DNA of 64,000 nucleotides from Mobula hypostoma. Its lineage: Eukaryota. Below the pieces are notes generated by a model. It was not told the origin of the DNA. It ran no database searches and worked only from the letters and a program-made list of their open reading frames with translations. Shown piece after piece: positions 37,833 to 49,411 of the stretch (within the stretch, counting starts at the first letter, position 1; the number at the start of each line of letters is the position of its first letter). Where the stretch lies: the NCBI RefSeq assembly GCF_963921235.1, contig NC_086097.1:130574001-130638000 (forward strand), given 5' to 3'. Position numbers and translations under genes: made by a program.

Positions 37833-39687
37833 TCTCGCATTTTTGATTTTGTTTTGCACTATTTCCTTATTTCAACAGTATTTCTCCTTCACTGTCTCAA
37901 GTAAGTTATATAATTTATGATTTGTGTGTTGTCTGAATCTATGTGCCTGTGATGTTGCAGCAAGTTTTTTCATTGTACCTACGCATATGACAATAAAGAC
38001 AAGTTGAAAAGTGGCTGTCACAGTCGAAAGGTCTCTTCATATGTATCCTTCAACTGTTGTTGATTCTTTGTCCAAATGTTATTTGTCAATTTTTAAATAA
38101 ACTACAGATATTACTATACTTCATAACATCTGGAGTTTCTGACTTGGAAAGAGCAAAAAGGGGTTCCCTTTATGGAAGTGGATATCAGAATTGAGAGGGT
38201 AAATTGATACAGTGGTTTCCTGGTTATCCAGCATAAAACTGGCAGAAAATAAACACACTGGAAACCACTTCCTTTCCACCAATTACAAGCATTCCACCAA
38301 AGTTATAGCAGGCAAGCAAGAGAACCAATGCAGAGATTCATAGTTGAAAAGCTCCAGTGGCTAATAATTACACTGCAGAAGGAATACCTGCAATAACTAC
38401 CACTTGCAGGTGAACAAGTTTATAAAAGTCACAGTTTTTTATAGAAATTCTATTTTTATTTTATTAATATTGAGCAACTTTTCAGGGTAATCAAGTCTCT
38501 AATATGTGCTAAGCTAGGAGTCAAATCCACAGGAACCAATTCTGCACAAATTATAATGGAAATCTGGAATTCTTCTTCAGGATAAAAGATGAATTGAGGC
38601 TTTCAAGACTTGAGGTTGAGAGACTTTGGTTTTTTTTGGTTGGTCTGTCATTATCGCATATACAGTGAAAAACATTTGTTTGAATGTCATCTGGGCAGAT
38701 CATTTCATATAAAATTACACCAAGAAAGTAAAAGAAAACAGAAAGTAGAGTATGCTGTCACAGATACAGAAATGCAGTGCTGGTAAATAAATAAATACGG
38801 TGATTCAGAAGATGATTTATTGAATTAATGCAAATATAGAAACATAAAATTCTTAGAATGCTCAACAGAGTAGATGCACGATGGAATTTCCCCGAAATGA
38901 GTCTAAAAATCGGAGCTCACAGTCTCAAAATAAGGGACAACCCATTTACAACTGAAATAGGGAGATTTTTTTTCACACTAAGGGTAGTGAATCTGTGGCA
39001 TTCTCTACCCCAGGTGACTGTGGAGACTCAGTCCAAATAGTGCACCCAAAACTGAGACTGAGGGATTTTTAAATATCAGGGGAATGAAGGGATAGATGAA
39101 CATGAAAGGAAATAGTTTGGAGGTAGACGTTCAGCTAAGAGTTTGTTAAATGGTGCAGCAGATTCGAGAGATTGAATTTCCTACCTCTTACATTTTGCAG
39201 ATAGAATTAAGCTATAATCAAACATAATGGAGGAATAATTCATGGGGGTGATAATCTAGCTCATGTCATGTCATATTCCAAAAATGTTCAACAGTATGAT
39301 TTATGTTACAAGGTGATCAGATTATTAAAAAAAAGCAAGGCACTTGTCACCACGCTTTTAAGTGTGATTAGTAAGATTTGTGATAACAGTACAGATTTCT
39401 GCAGCCTAGTAGTTACTATACCAATCAAGCAAGCCAGAAGACGAATCTGCAATGCACAGACTGGAGTCCAAATCCCACCAAGACAGCTGCAGAATTGAAG
39501 TGTAATTAATTAAAAATAATAAAGTCAATAAAAGTCAACTATCAGATTGCTATTTCATAATTCATCTGATTCACTAGTACCTTTTTTTTGAAAGGGAAGT
39601 AGTTTGCTATTTTTACTCAGAATTTATATGGGGATTCATGTCCACTAATGTGGTTTGATGCTTAAAACAACTTGGATCTGGGGAGAT

Positions 39688-41207
39688 TCATCATCATCAT
39701 CATCATCAGGTGCCCTGCCCAGTTTGAGCTTTGACTGCCATGGCCCACACACTCCTGTTTCGGGTCAAGTGGATCAATTCATTGGTATTCATTTCCAATT
39801 CTCTGGATGCTGTCTCCATCATCATTCGTCTTTGTCTTCCTCTTGCTTTCTTCCCTTCAATCTTTCCCATAATTACTGTGCATTCTAACTCCTCTTTCCT
39901 AATCACATGTCCAATGAAATTACGTTGCCTTTTCATGATCTCATACATTATTTCTCTTTTTGTGTTTGCTCTGTTCATGACATCCTCATTAGATATTCGT
40001 TTCGTCCATGATATTCTTTGCATCCTCCTCAAAAACCACATTTTTGCTGCTACACTTGGTTTCCTCATGTTACTAGATATTGTCCAACATTCTGAGCCAT
40101 ATAACATAACTGGATAAACGTAACATTTCAGTACTCTGAGGCAGGTTGTCATGCCTAGTTTAGTATTGGTCAGTATACTCTTCATTCTCGTAAAGGTGTC
40201 TTTTGCCATCCCTATTCTTCTTTTGATGTCCATATCGCACCTGCCATCTGATGTTACACAGCTTCCTAAGTAGCAAAAGTTCTGTACTTGTTTTATGTCT
40301 TCCCCGTTTACTCTCAGCCTGCAGATAGGATTCTCCTTCTTTTTGGATATCACCATACATTCTGTCTTTTTGCAGTTGATAGACCAATTTTTGCACTTTC
40401 TTCAACAATTATATCAATTAAGTTTTCTAGTTCTTCCTCCGTACTTGCAATTAACACAGTATCATCTGCATATCTGAAATTATTGATGTTTTCACGACCA
40501 ACTTTGATTCCCAAGAGGTCTCTTACTTTTTGTAATATTGTTTCACTGTACACATTAAATAAATCAGGGGAGAAAACACACCCTTGTCTAATGCCTCTCT
40601 TGATTTTCGTAAACTGACTCACTTCTCCATCTATTCTTACAGCGGCAGTTTGTTCCCAGTACAGATTTCTGATTAGGCGGAGGTCTTTCAAATCTAGATC
40701 TGGAGTTTTCTGTAATATTTCAAATAACTTATTGTGCTTCACTTTATTAAATGTTTTTGTGTAGTCGATAAAACAAACAAATCTTTTTGCACTTGAATAG
40801 TTCGTTCTGATAGTATCCTTAACATCAATATTGTGTTTCTTGTACCTTTGTCTTTCACAAAACCACATTGTTCTTTGCTTATTTCAGCTTGTATCTTACT
40901 TTTAGCTCTTGTCATCAAAATTCTTAGAAGTATCTTGGTGATATGACTCATTAAACTTATGGTACTATGTAATTCACATTCTATTGCTCCAGCTTTCTTA
41001 GGAAGAGTGATAAATACTGATTCTTTCATCTCTTCTGGTATTATTCCAGTCTCATAAATGTCACTGATTAAATCGGTAAGTTTTTCAATTCCATAGTGTT
41101 CAAGGGCGATAATTTGTTCTATTACTAATTCATCAGGACCTGCTGCCTTTCCTTTCTTCTTCTTATTTATTGCATTACGAACTTCAGATTTTAAACTACT
41201 TGGACCT
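39688..41207 (-). mobile_element. RTE-clade LINE, 5'-truncated, with (TGA)n tail
   Basis: Motifs GIRQGCVFSPDLFNVY...RYADDTVL and FCYLGS...MLYGSECWT. (TCA)n run at 39688-39708. Candidate TSD TCTGGGGAGAT (39677) / TCTGGAGAGAT (41208). Confidence 0.92.
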
Positions 41208-41837
41208 TCTGGAGAGATCAGAAAAGTGAAATAAATCCTGGTTTTCCCAGCACAGCCCTGTACTATGAATGAACACTGCAAGATATTCGGCATAAAAAAT
41301 TCTCCTATTTTTCTTTGTAAACTTCTGAGAAAATTGACAGAGAGCTTTAACTCGCTTTCTGACCAAGAATTAAATGTAGTTATGTTCAGTATATAAAAAA
41401 GGAGCCAATAGCCATTAAAGGCACAAGGTTTTAAAAGTTCATCATCATTAAAGGGGGAAGCCTGAAACAACATCTGACGTCCAAAGCTATGTCAGTAGTC
41501 AGGAGTTTCACTGACTGGAGCGTATAAAGTTGCAGTATTTATAGGGCAAATACACCACCAAACCCACTAGAAGAAATTAAGTTGTGTCCAATCTAATGTC
41601 AGTAAATTTTCTAATAACTTGAAAAGTTTTAATTACAGCCTATCAACCTCTCTGACACTTTTACCACTGTGGAACCTCACTCTTTCAGATTTTGGTTATT
41701 GGATTGAAATTGAAAATATATTAAATATTTTATCTAATAACACCTTTTATTTCTCTCCCTCTCTCTCTGTATATAAATTAATTCCATCTTCCTTCCCTTA
41801 TTTTGCTTTCTTAATGTAATGCCATACTAAATTAAAG

Positions 41838-42100
41838 GGGGTGTCACAGTAGCGTAGTGGTTAGCAGAGCTCTTTACTGTACAGGTGACCGGATTCAATT
41901 CCTGCTGCCTCCCGTGACTGTGTGGATTTCCTCCAGGTGCTCTAGTTTCCTCCCACAGTCCAAAGATGTGCTGGATGGCAAGTTAATTGGTCATTGTAAA
42001 TTGTCCCATGATTACACTGGCATTAATTGGGGGGATTTTTGGATGGCACAGCTCGAAGGGCCGAAAAGGCCCATTCCATGCTATATCTCAATAAATAAAT
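41838..42100 (+). mobile_element. V-SINE (HE1-like)
   Basis: A box tagcgtagtgg, B box ggattcaattcc, central block ggtgctctagtttcctcccacagtccaaagatg and aataaataaat tail. Confidence 0.8.
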
Positions 42101-42616
42101 GAAAAATAAGTTAACAGCATTTCCTGTAAGTCTTGCTGTCTAAACTGTATACACCAGGATGGAATTAGTTGCTTGCTTTCTTTACACAGACCCCAGTTCT
42201 TCAATCTTGCCTATAAAGCTTTCTACTTACAAAAAGTTCCAGGTAAAAATCCAGCTAAAAGACCCTTGACAAGCAAGAGTAAGAGTTGCTTGGTATAAAA
42301 TGTCAGCCATTATATTTTATACTAATGATAGCCCAGATCACCGCACTTTCTCGGTAACTGTAATACTATATTCTGCGTTTTATTTTTTTCTTTTTACTGC
42401 CTTAACATACTTATGTTTTGAAATTATTTGTATCAAAAGTTTTTCACTGCATCTCAGCACATATGACAATACTAAACCAGTTATAACTAATCATTTTTCA
42501 GACACATCTTATTACCCCATGGAAGTCTACCACATTTCAATGACATGGCTGTAAAGGCTGTTACAATGCTTAATACTGGTTCATAGTGAAAAGTCACAGA
42601 TTTTTACCTCTCTTAC

Positions 42617-43754
42617 CTGGCAAAAGATGATGATGATGATGAGACAGATTTTGGCTTTGTCCATGGATAGGGATGTTGAGGAACTGATAAATACTGGTCA
42701 CAGAAAGCTTCTTTTTTGACAGGAAGACGAGACCCTGGAAATTCTTCTTGCAATGAATCTATGGAAGGTGAATAGTCTCTTTGATCGTCATTCCCTGGCT
42801 CTGGTTTGAGAGACATGGAAGGGGTTTGGTCTTGTATAGTTCTTCTTGGAGACTTGACTGGTATACTGTCATTGATATCCATGCAAGTGTCAGTGGTGAG
42901 GGCAGTGATGGCAGCAAGTATAGCAGAATTGTACTGGTTCCCACTCCCCAACCATGTTTCCTCAGTAACGCTTACTCGAGGAGAGGCCTGTGGTGATGGT
43001 GTGCGAGAGTGATGTGGTGAGCAAGAAGGTTGTCGATAGTACCCACCGTTGAATGAGTGCCTTCTTTTGCCACATGGGGACTGTGGCCTTGACGATGGTC
43101 TTGAGGTGGGCCGTGGGCTCAACCAGTTCTCCTCAGTGATGCTAGTTCTTGGCGAAGTGCCTGGGGAATGCCTGGGTGAATTCCATAAGGTGCATGCCGC
43201 CTGCCCTCGAGGGAATCCTTCCTCATGGGTGGAGCCTTTGGGCGAGACACACGGCGATTGCCAAGGGGAGGCCAGAGGCGAGCCCTCATAAGTAATAGAA
43301 TAACTGGATTCAGATGCTTCTGAATGACAACTTCGAGATGAAAGACTACTTGCTGGACTTAAGCATGAGGGATCTCTGTAGGCATCTGGATTGGGGAGAG
43401 ACAGGGTAACTAATGAATTGGAGCGCTTACAACCGGAACCATTTTCAATTCCATCAATTTCAGTTTCGCCAGCAAACTGATTATGGGCAACTTGCATTCC
43501 AGGATAAGGTGTAATTTCTATCCTTGGACTCTCAAGGGCTCCGGCACCATTTGGTCTTACACTTGGAGTTAAGTAGTAACCTGAAGCACCACCGTCAATG
43601 TTGCCCCCATATCCCATCATTCCATGTGTTGACAAGAGTGCAGAATGGCTTGGACTAGACGTCTGTAAGCCATGGCATGATATAGGTATGGAAGGATTCA
43701 CCACACCTGTTGATGGAGTGACTTTTATGTGTGGAGACGCAAAATTGTAGGCTT
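42617..43754 (-). CDS. NFATC1: NFATC1 regulatory-domain (NFAT homology region) exon, 1138 nt
   Basis: ORF 42613..43833 contains SPRIEIT, RDPSCLSPASSLSSRSC, three SPxxSPxxSPxxS repeats, KRRHS and FCDQYLSVPQHPYPWTKPK, all diagnostic of NFATc1. Acceptor is ttttatttccacag|AA at 43755 and donor is CCAG|GTAAGA at 42616. Confidence 0.97.
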
Positions 43755-43939
43755 CTGTGGAAATAAAATAAAAAATTCCATTAAGTATTTTCATACAAGA
43801 TGAACTTTCATATAGAAAGAAATTTGTCTGCAATCCTAAATTTATTCACAATTTGTAACATTCATAGTTTATTCACAAGATAAGGTGTATCATTTGACAG
43901 GTCAGCATCTATGAAATGAATGTGGGTTACTGGGATTGG

Positions 43940-44955
43940 ATAACATCTCCTCCTTGCTGACGATCAACACTGGTGCACCTCAGGGGTATGTGCTTAGCTC
44001 ACTGCTCTACTCTCTCTAAACTCATGACTGTGTGGCTAGGTGTAGCTCAAATACCATCTATAAATTTGCTGATGATACAACCATTGTTGGTAGAGTCTCA
44101 GGTGGTGACGAAAGGACGTACAGGAGTGAGATATGCCAACTAGTGGAGTGGTGTCGCAGCAGCAACCTGACACTTAACGTCAGTAAGACGAAAGAGCTGA
44201 TTGTGCACTTCCGGAAAGACAAGACGAGGGAACACATACCAGTCCTCATAGAGGAATCAGAATTGAGAGAGTGAGCAGTTTCAAGTTCCTGGGTGTCAAG
44301 ATCTCTGAGGATGTAACCTGGTCCCAACATATCGATGCAGTTACAAAGAAGGGAAGACAGTGGCTATACTTCATTAGGAGTTTGAAGAGATTTGGTATCT
44401 CAACAAATACACTCAAAAAATTCTATAGATGTACTGTGGAGAGCATTCTGCATCACTGTCTAGTATGGGCGAGCTACTGCACAGGACTGAAAGAAGCTGC
44501 AGAGGATTATAAATCTAGTCAGCTCCATCTTGGGTACTAGCCTGCAAAGTATCCAGGACATCTTCAAGGAGCGGTGTCTCAGAAAGGCAGTGTCCATTAT
44601 TAAGGACCTCCAGCACCCAGGGCATGCCCTTTTCTCGCTGTTGGCAGCAGGTAGGAGTACAGAAAACTGAAGGCACACACTCAGTGATTCAGGAACAGCT
44701 TCTTCCCCTCTGCCATCCAATTCCTAAATGGACATTGAACCCTTGAACGCTACCTCACTTTTTTTAATATTTAGTATTTCTGCTTTTTGCACAATTTTTA
44801 ATCTATTCAATATATGTATACTGTAATTGATTTAGTTATTTATTACTATCATTATTTTATTTTTTTTTCTTCTATATTGTGTATTGCATGGTGCTAAGTT
44901 AACAAATTTCACGTCACATGCCGGTGATAGTAAACCTGATTCTAATTCTGATTCT
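43940..44955 (+). mobile_element. Rex-Babar LINE 3' part
   Basis: Encodes IYKFADDTTIVG...LNVSKTKELIV and FKFLGVKISED. Tail aaacctgattctaattctgattct. Confidence 0.9.
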
Positions 44956-45220
44956 ACAGATGGCTGGAATGATCGGCATGAACATACTAGGCCCAAGAGC
45001 CTGCTACTGCTCTGGACTCTATTCCCTTCCCTCCACTTCAGGGAGCAGAGAAAACTCAACCACAGTGCTGTGCATCCAGAGTCCTGCAAAGGCCACACTA
45101 TATACGAACGACAGATGACCTTTCCTGAAGGATATTAGTGAACCAGATGTGTATTGTGAACAATCAGTTATTTCATGGGGTCTTGATTCCAGAAACTAGA
45201 TTTTATATTCCAGGTAGATT

Positions 45221-45710
45221 TAGACCATAAGATATAGGAGCAGAAATAGACCACTTGGCTCATCAAGTCTGCTCTGCCATTTCATTATGGCTGATCTATT
45301 TTCCCTCTCATCCCAATCTCCTACTTTCTCCCCATTCCTTTCATGCCCTAGCTAATCGAGAACTTATTAATCTCTGCCTTAAATATACCCAATGACCTGG
45401 CCACCATAGTCACCTATGGCAACGAATTTCACAGATTCACCACTCTCTGGCTAAAGAAATACCTCCACACCTCCATTCTAAATGGATGTCCCTCTATTCT
45501 AGGCTACATCCTCAGTTCTTAGACTCACCCACCATACCAAACTTCGTCCACACATGCACACTATCGAGGCCTTTCAACATTCAATAGGTTTCAATGAGAT
45601 CACCCCTCATTCTTCTGAATTCTAGTGAGTACAGGCCCAGAGCCATCAAATGCTCTTCATATGACAAGCCTTTCAACCCTGGAGTCATATTCATAAACCT
45701 CCTTTGAACC
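45221..45710 (-). mobile_element. CR1 3' fragment, host of the Penelope insertion (resumes 48007-48066)
   Basis: agaccataagatataggagcagaa is a reversed CR1 tail. The continuation atactccaagtgaggcctc follows the Penelope. Confidence 0.8.
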
Positions 45711-45711
45711 T

Positions 45712-48006
45712 ACACCAACTGCCGACGGGACATCAACCGTCTCGACTTCACCGCACCTTGTCCCCATTCCAACCTCACTCCTTCGGAACGCTCTGCTCTC
45801 CACTCCCTCCGCACTAATCCTAACCTTATTATTAAACCCGCTGATAAGGGGGGTGCTGTTGTAGTCTGGCGTACTGACCTCTACCTTGCCGAGGCACAGC
45901 GACAACTCGCGGATACCTCCTCTTATTTACCCCTCGATCGTGACCCCACCAAGGAGCACCAGGCCATTGTCTCCCACACTATCAACGACTTTATCCGCTC
46001 AGGGGATCTCCCATCCACTGCTACCAACCTTATAGTTCCCACACCCCGCACTTCCCATTTCTACCTCCTACCCAAGATCCACAAACCTGCCTGTCCTGGC
46101 CGACCTATTATCTCAGCTTGCTCCTGCCCCACCGAACTCGTTTCTGCATACCTCGACACTGTTTTATCACCCCTTGTTCAATCCCTTCCGACCTATGTTC
46201 GTGACACTTCTCACGCTCTTTAACTTTTCGATGATTTTAAGTTCCCTGGCCCCCACCGCTTTATTTTCACCATGGATGTCCAGTCCTTATATACTTCCAT
46301 CCCCCATCAGGAAGGTCTCAAAGCTCTACGCTTCTTTTTGGATTCCAGACCTAATCAGTTCCCCTCTACCACCACTCTGCTCCGTCTAGCGGAATTAGTC
46401 CTTACTCTTAATAATTTCTCCTTTTGCTCCTCCCATTTCCTCCAAACTAAAGGTGTAGCTATGGGCACCCGTATGGGTCCTAGCTATGCCTGCCTTTTTG
46501 TTGGGTTTGTGGAACAATCTATGTTCCGTGCCTATTCTGGTATCTGTCCCCCACTTTTCCTTCGCTATATCGACGACTGCATTGGCGCTGCTTCCTGCAC
46601 GCATGCAGAACTCGTTGACTTTATTAACTTTGCCTCCAACTTTCACCCTGCCCTCTCTATTTCCGACACCTCCCTCCCCTTTCTAGATCTTTCTGTCTCT
46701 GTCTCTGGAGACAGCTTATCCACTGATATCTACTATAAGCCTACTGACTCTCACAGCTATCTGGACTATTCCTCTTCTCACCCTGTCTCTGGCAAAAACG
46801 CCATCCCCTTCTCGCAATTCCTCCGTCTCCGCCGCATCTGCTCTCAGGATGAGGCTTTTCATTCTAGGATGAGGGAGATGTCTTCCTTTTTAAAGAAAGG
46901 GGCTTCCCTTCCTCCACTATCAACTCTGCTCTTAAACGCATCTCCCCCATTTCACGTACACCTGCTCTCACTCCATCCTCCCGCCACCCCACTAGGAATA
47001 GGGTTCCCCTGGTCCTCACCTACCACCCCACCAGCCTCCGGGTCCAACATATTATTCTCCGTAACTTCCGCCACCTCCAACGGGATCCCACCACTAAGCA
47101 TATCTTTCCCTCCCCCCCCCCTGCATTCCGCAGGGATCGCTCCCTACACAACTCCCTTGTCCATTCGTCCCCCCCATCCCTCCCCACTGATCTCCCTCCT
47201 GGCACTTATCCGTGTAAGCGGAACAAGTGCTACACATGCCCTTACACTTCCTCCCTTACCACCATTCAGGGCCCCAAACAGTCCTTCCAGGTGAGGCATC
47301 ACTTCACCTGTGAGTCGACTGGGGTGATATACTGCGTCCGGTGCTCCCGATGTGGCCTTTTATATATTGGTGAGACCCGACGCAGACTGGGAGACCACTT
47401 TGCTGAACATCTACGCTCTGTCCGCCAGAGAAAGCAGGATCTCCCAGTGGCCACACATTTTAATTCCACATCCCATTCCCATTCTGACATGTCTATCCAC
47501 AGCCTCCTCTACTGTAAAGATGAAGCCACACTCAGGTTGGAGGAACAACACCTTATATTCCGTCTGGGTAGCCTCCAACCTGATGGCATGAACATTGACT
47601 TCTCTAACTTCCGCTAGGCCCCACCTCCCCCTCGTACCCCAGCTGTTACTCCTTTTTATGCACACATTCTTTCTCTCACTCTCCTTTTTCTCCCTCTGTC
47701 CCTCTGAATATACCTCTTGCCCATCCTCTGGGTCACCCCCCCCCCATCTTTCTCCCTAGGCCTCCTGTCCCATGATCCTCTCGTATCCCCTTTTGCCTAT
47801 CACCTGTCCAGCTCTCGGCTCTATCCCTCCCCCTCCTGTCTTCTCCTATCATTTTGCATCTCCCCCTCCCCCTCCAGCTTTCAAATCCCTTACTCACTCT
47901 TCCTTCAGTTAGTCCTGACGAAGGGTCTCGGCCTGAAACGTCGACTGCGCCTCTTCCTATAGATGCTGCTTGGCCTGCTGCGTTCACCAGCAACTTTGAT
48001 GTATGT
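45712..48006 (+). mobile_element. Penelope-like retroelement (RT + GIY-YIG endonuclease), 5'-truncated and disabled
   Basis: Motifs IIKPADKGGAVVV, LPKIHK...RPI, MDVQSLYTSIP, GVAMG, RYIDD and GVIYCVRC...LYIGET...MNIDF. In-frame TAA at 46221 and frameshifts near 46890 and 47110. pLTR at the 3' end. Confidence 0.95.
47911..47946 (+). ncRNA. Minimal type-I hammerhead ribozyme motif in the Penelope pLTR
   Basis: Helix I AGUC/GACU, core CUGACGA, helix II AGG/CCU, then GAAAC-GUC with palindromic ACGU. Predicted cut after C47942. Confidence 0.78.
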
Positions 48007-48224
48007 CACATACTCCAAGTGAGGCCTCGCCAATGCTTTTTAAAGTCTCAATAACATCCTTGCTTTAATTATCCTCAAGTGAATTCTCTGTCAGTTGAAT
48101 TGGGAATTAAACTTGGTCAACATTTCCCTATCACATTAATCTCCCCCTGCTCTATCAGCCATTCAGTATTTCAGATCTGTAGATGTGCATCGTTTGACTA
48201 CCATAATACCACTGGATATTACAG

Positions 48225-48535
48225 TGCAGCAAGTGGAGGTACTACCTAGTAGAGCTCAGTTTCAATCCTAACCTCAGGTGCTATCTGTGGGAAGCTTTCA
48301 GGTTCTCCCTGTGACCATAAGAACTTCTTCTGGATGCTCTAGTTTCCACCAAGATCCAAAAGATGTGCAGGTTGGTAGGTTAATTAACCTAATGTGTAAG
48401 TGGGAGTGGTTGATGTGAATATAAGGAGTATAACTGGGATTAATGTACGATTGAGGTAAATAGATGGCGGCTGGCGTTAGATGTGAAATCAATGGGTCAA
48501 AGTCATAGTTTCTGTGTGGTATCGTTCTATCACTC
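48225..48535 (+). mobile_element. Degenerate V-SINE
   Basis: Block ggatgctctagtttccaccaagatccaaaagatgtgcaggttggtaggttaatt. Confidence 0.55.
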
Positions 48536-49140
48536 TGTACGCACTAAAGAGTGGAAACCAATAGATCAGAGTGAGTTCAGCAGAAACTCATATGTTCAGT
48601 AACAAAGGTTATGTACAAGAGTACATTATTTAACTGCTCCACACTTTCATGGGGAATGGCTTGTATTGGAATAAAGGTGTATATTACGAACATTTGTAGA
48701 TGGCAGAAATAACCATACATTTTCCTCATATAATAAATAATTTTGAATTGCCTTATGACTGGTGTTGGTACATACACTAGAGTCTTTATTATTTATAAAT
48801 TATGTTAAGTTGTGTTTGTCCTCGTCTTGCAATATACAGTGCTGCTGTTGCAAAAAGAGAATTTTCTTGGTATTCATGCTGTGTATGTATGTCTACAGGA
48901 ACAATTAAAGTGAACTTATAATATTTATTATAATAAAAGATACTGCACAGAATAGTTAGAATGTGTAGCTTTGTAACACAGTGGTAACAGAAGTGAACAG
49001 CAGAGATACATTTAAAGGGAAGCTAGATACCATAAGTATAAGAGGGAGAAAGGAGTGAAAAATTAAATAGTGTTGGATGGAGAAAGGTTTGGAGGAAACT
49101 TCAATCTCAAGACTCCAATTTATTTTATTAATGCATGATG

Positions 49141-49411
49141 GGCTTCCCCCCTCCCCCTTTCTTTCTCCCTAGGCCTCCTGTCCCATGATCCTCTCATATC
49201 CCTTTTGCCAATCAACTTTCCAGCTCGAAGCTCCATCCCTCCCCCTCCTGTCTTCTCCTATCATTTTGGATCTCCCCCTCCCACTTTCAAATCTCTTACT
49301 ATCTCTTCTTTCAGTTAGTCCTGACAAAGGGTCTCGGCCCGAAACGTCAACTGTACTTCTTCCTATAGATGCTGCCTGGCCTGCTGCATTCACCAGCAAC
49401 TTTTGTGTGTT
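49141..49411 (+). mobile_element. Solo Penelope 3' UTR/pLTR
   Basis: Colinear with 47735-48003. Hammerhead core mutated to CTGACAA. Confidence 0.88.

Noticed and set aside
43755..43833. ORF-track N-terminal extension MQTNFFLYESS... of the 406-aa ORF
   Set aside because: It lies upstream of a clear polypyrimidine/AG acceptor and has no NFAT similarity, so it is intronic.
46272..47617. Functional RT/GIY-YIG gene
   Set aside because: 5'-truncated, with an in-frame stop at 46221 and frameshifts. It is a dead Penelope copy.
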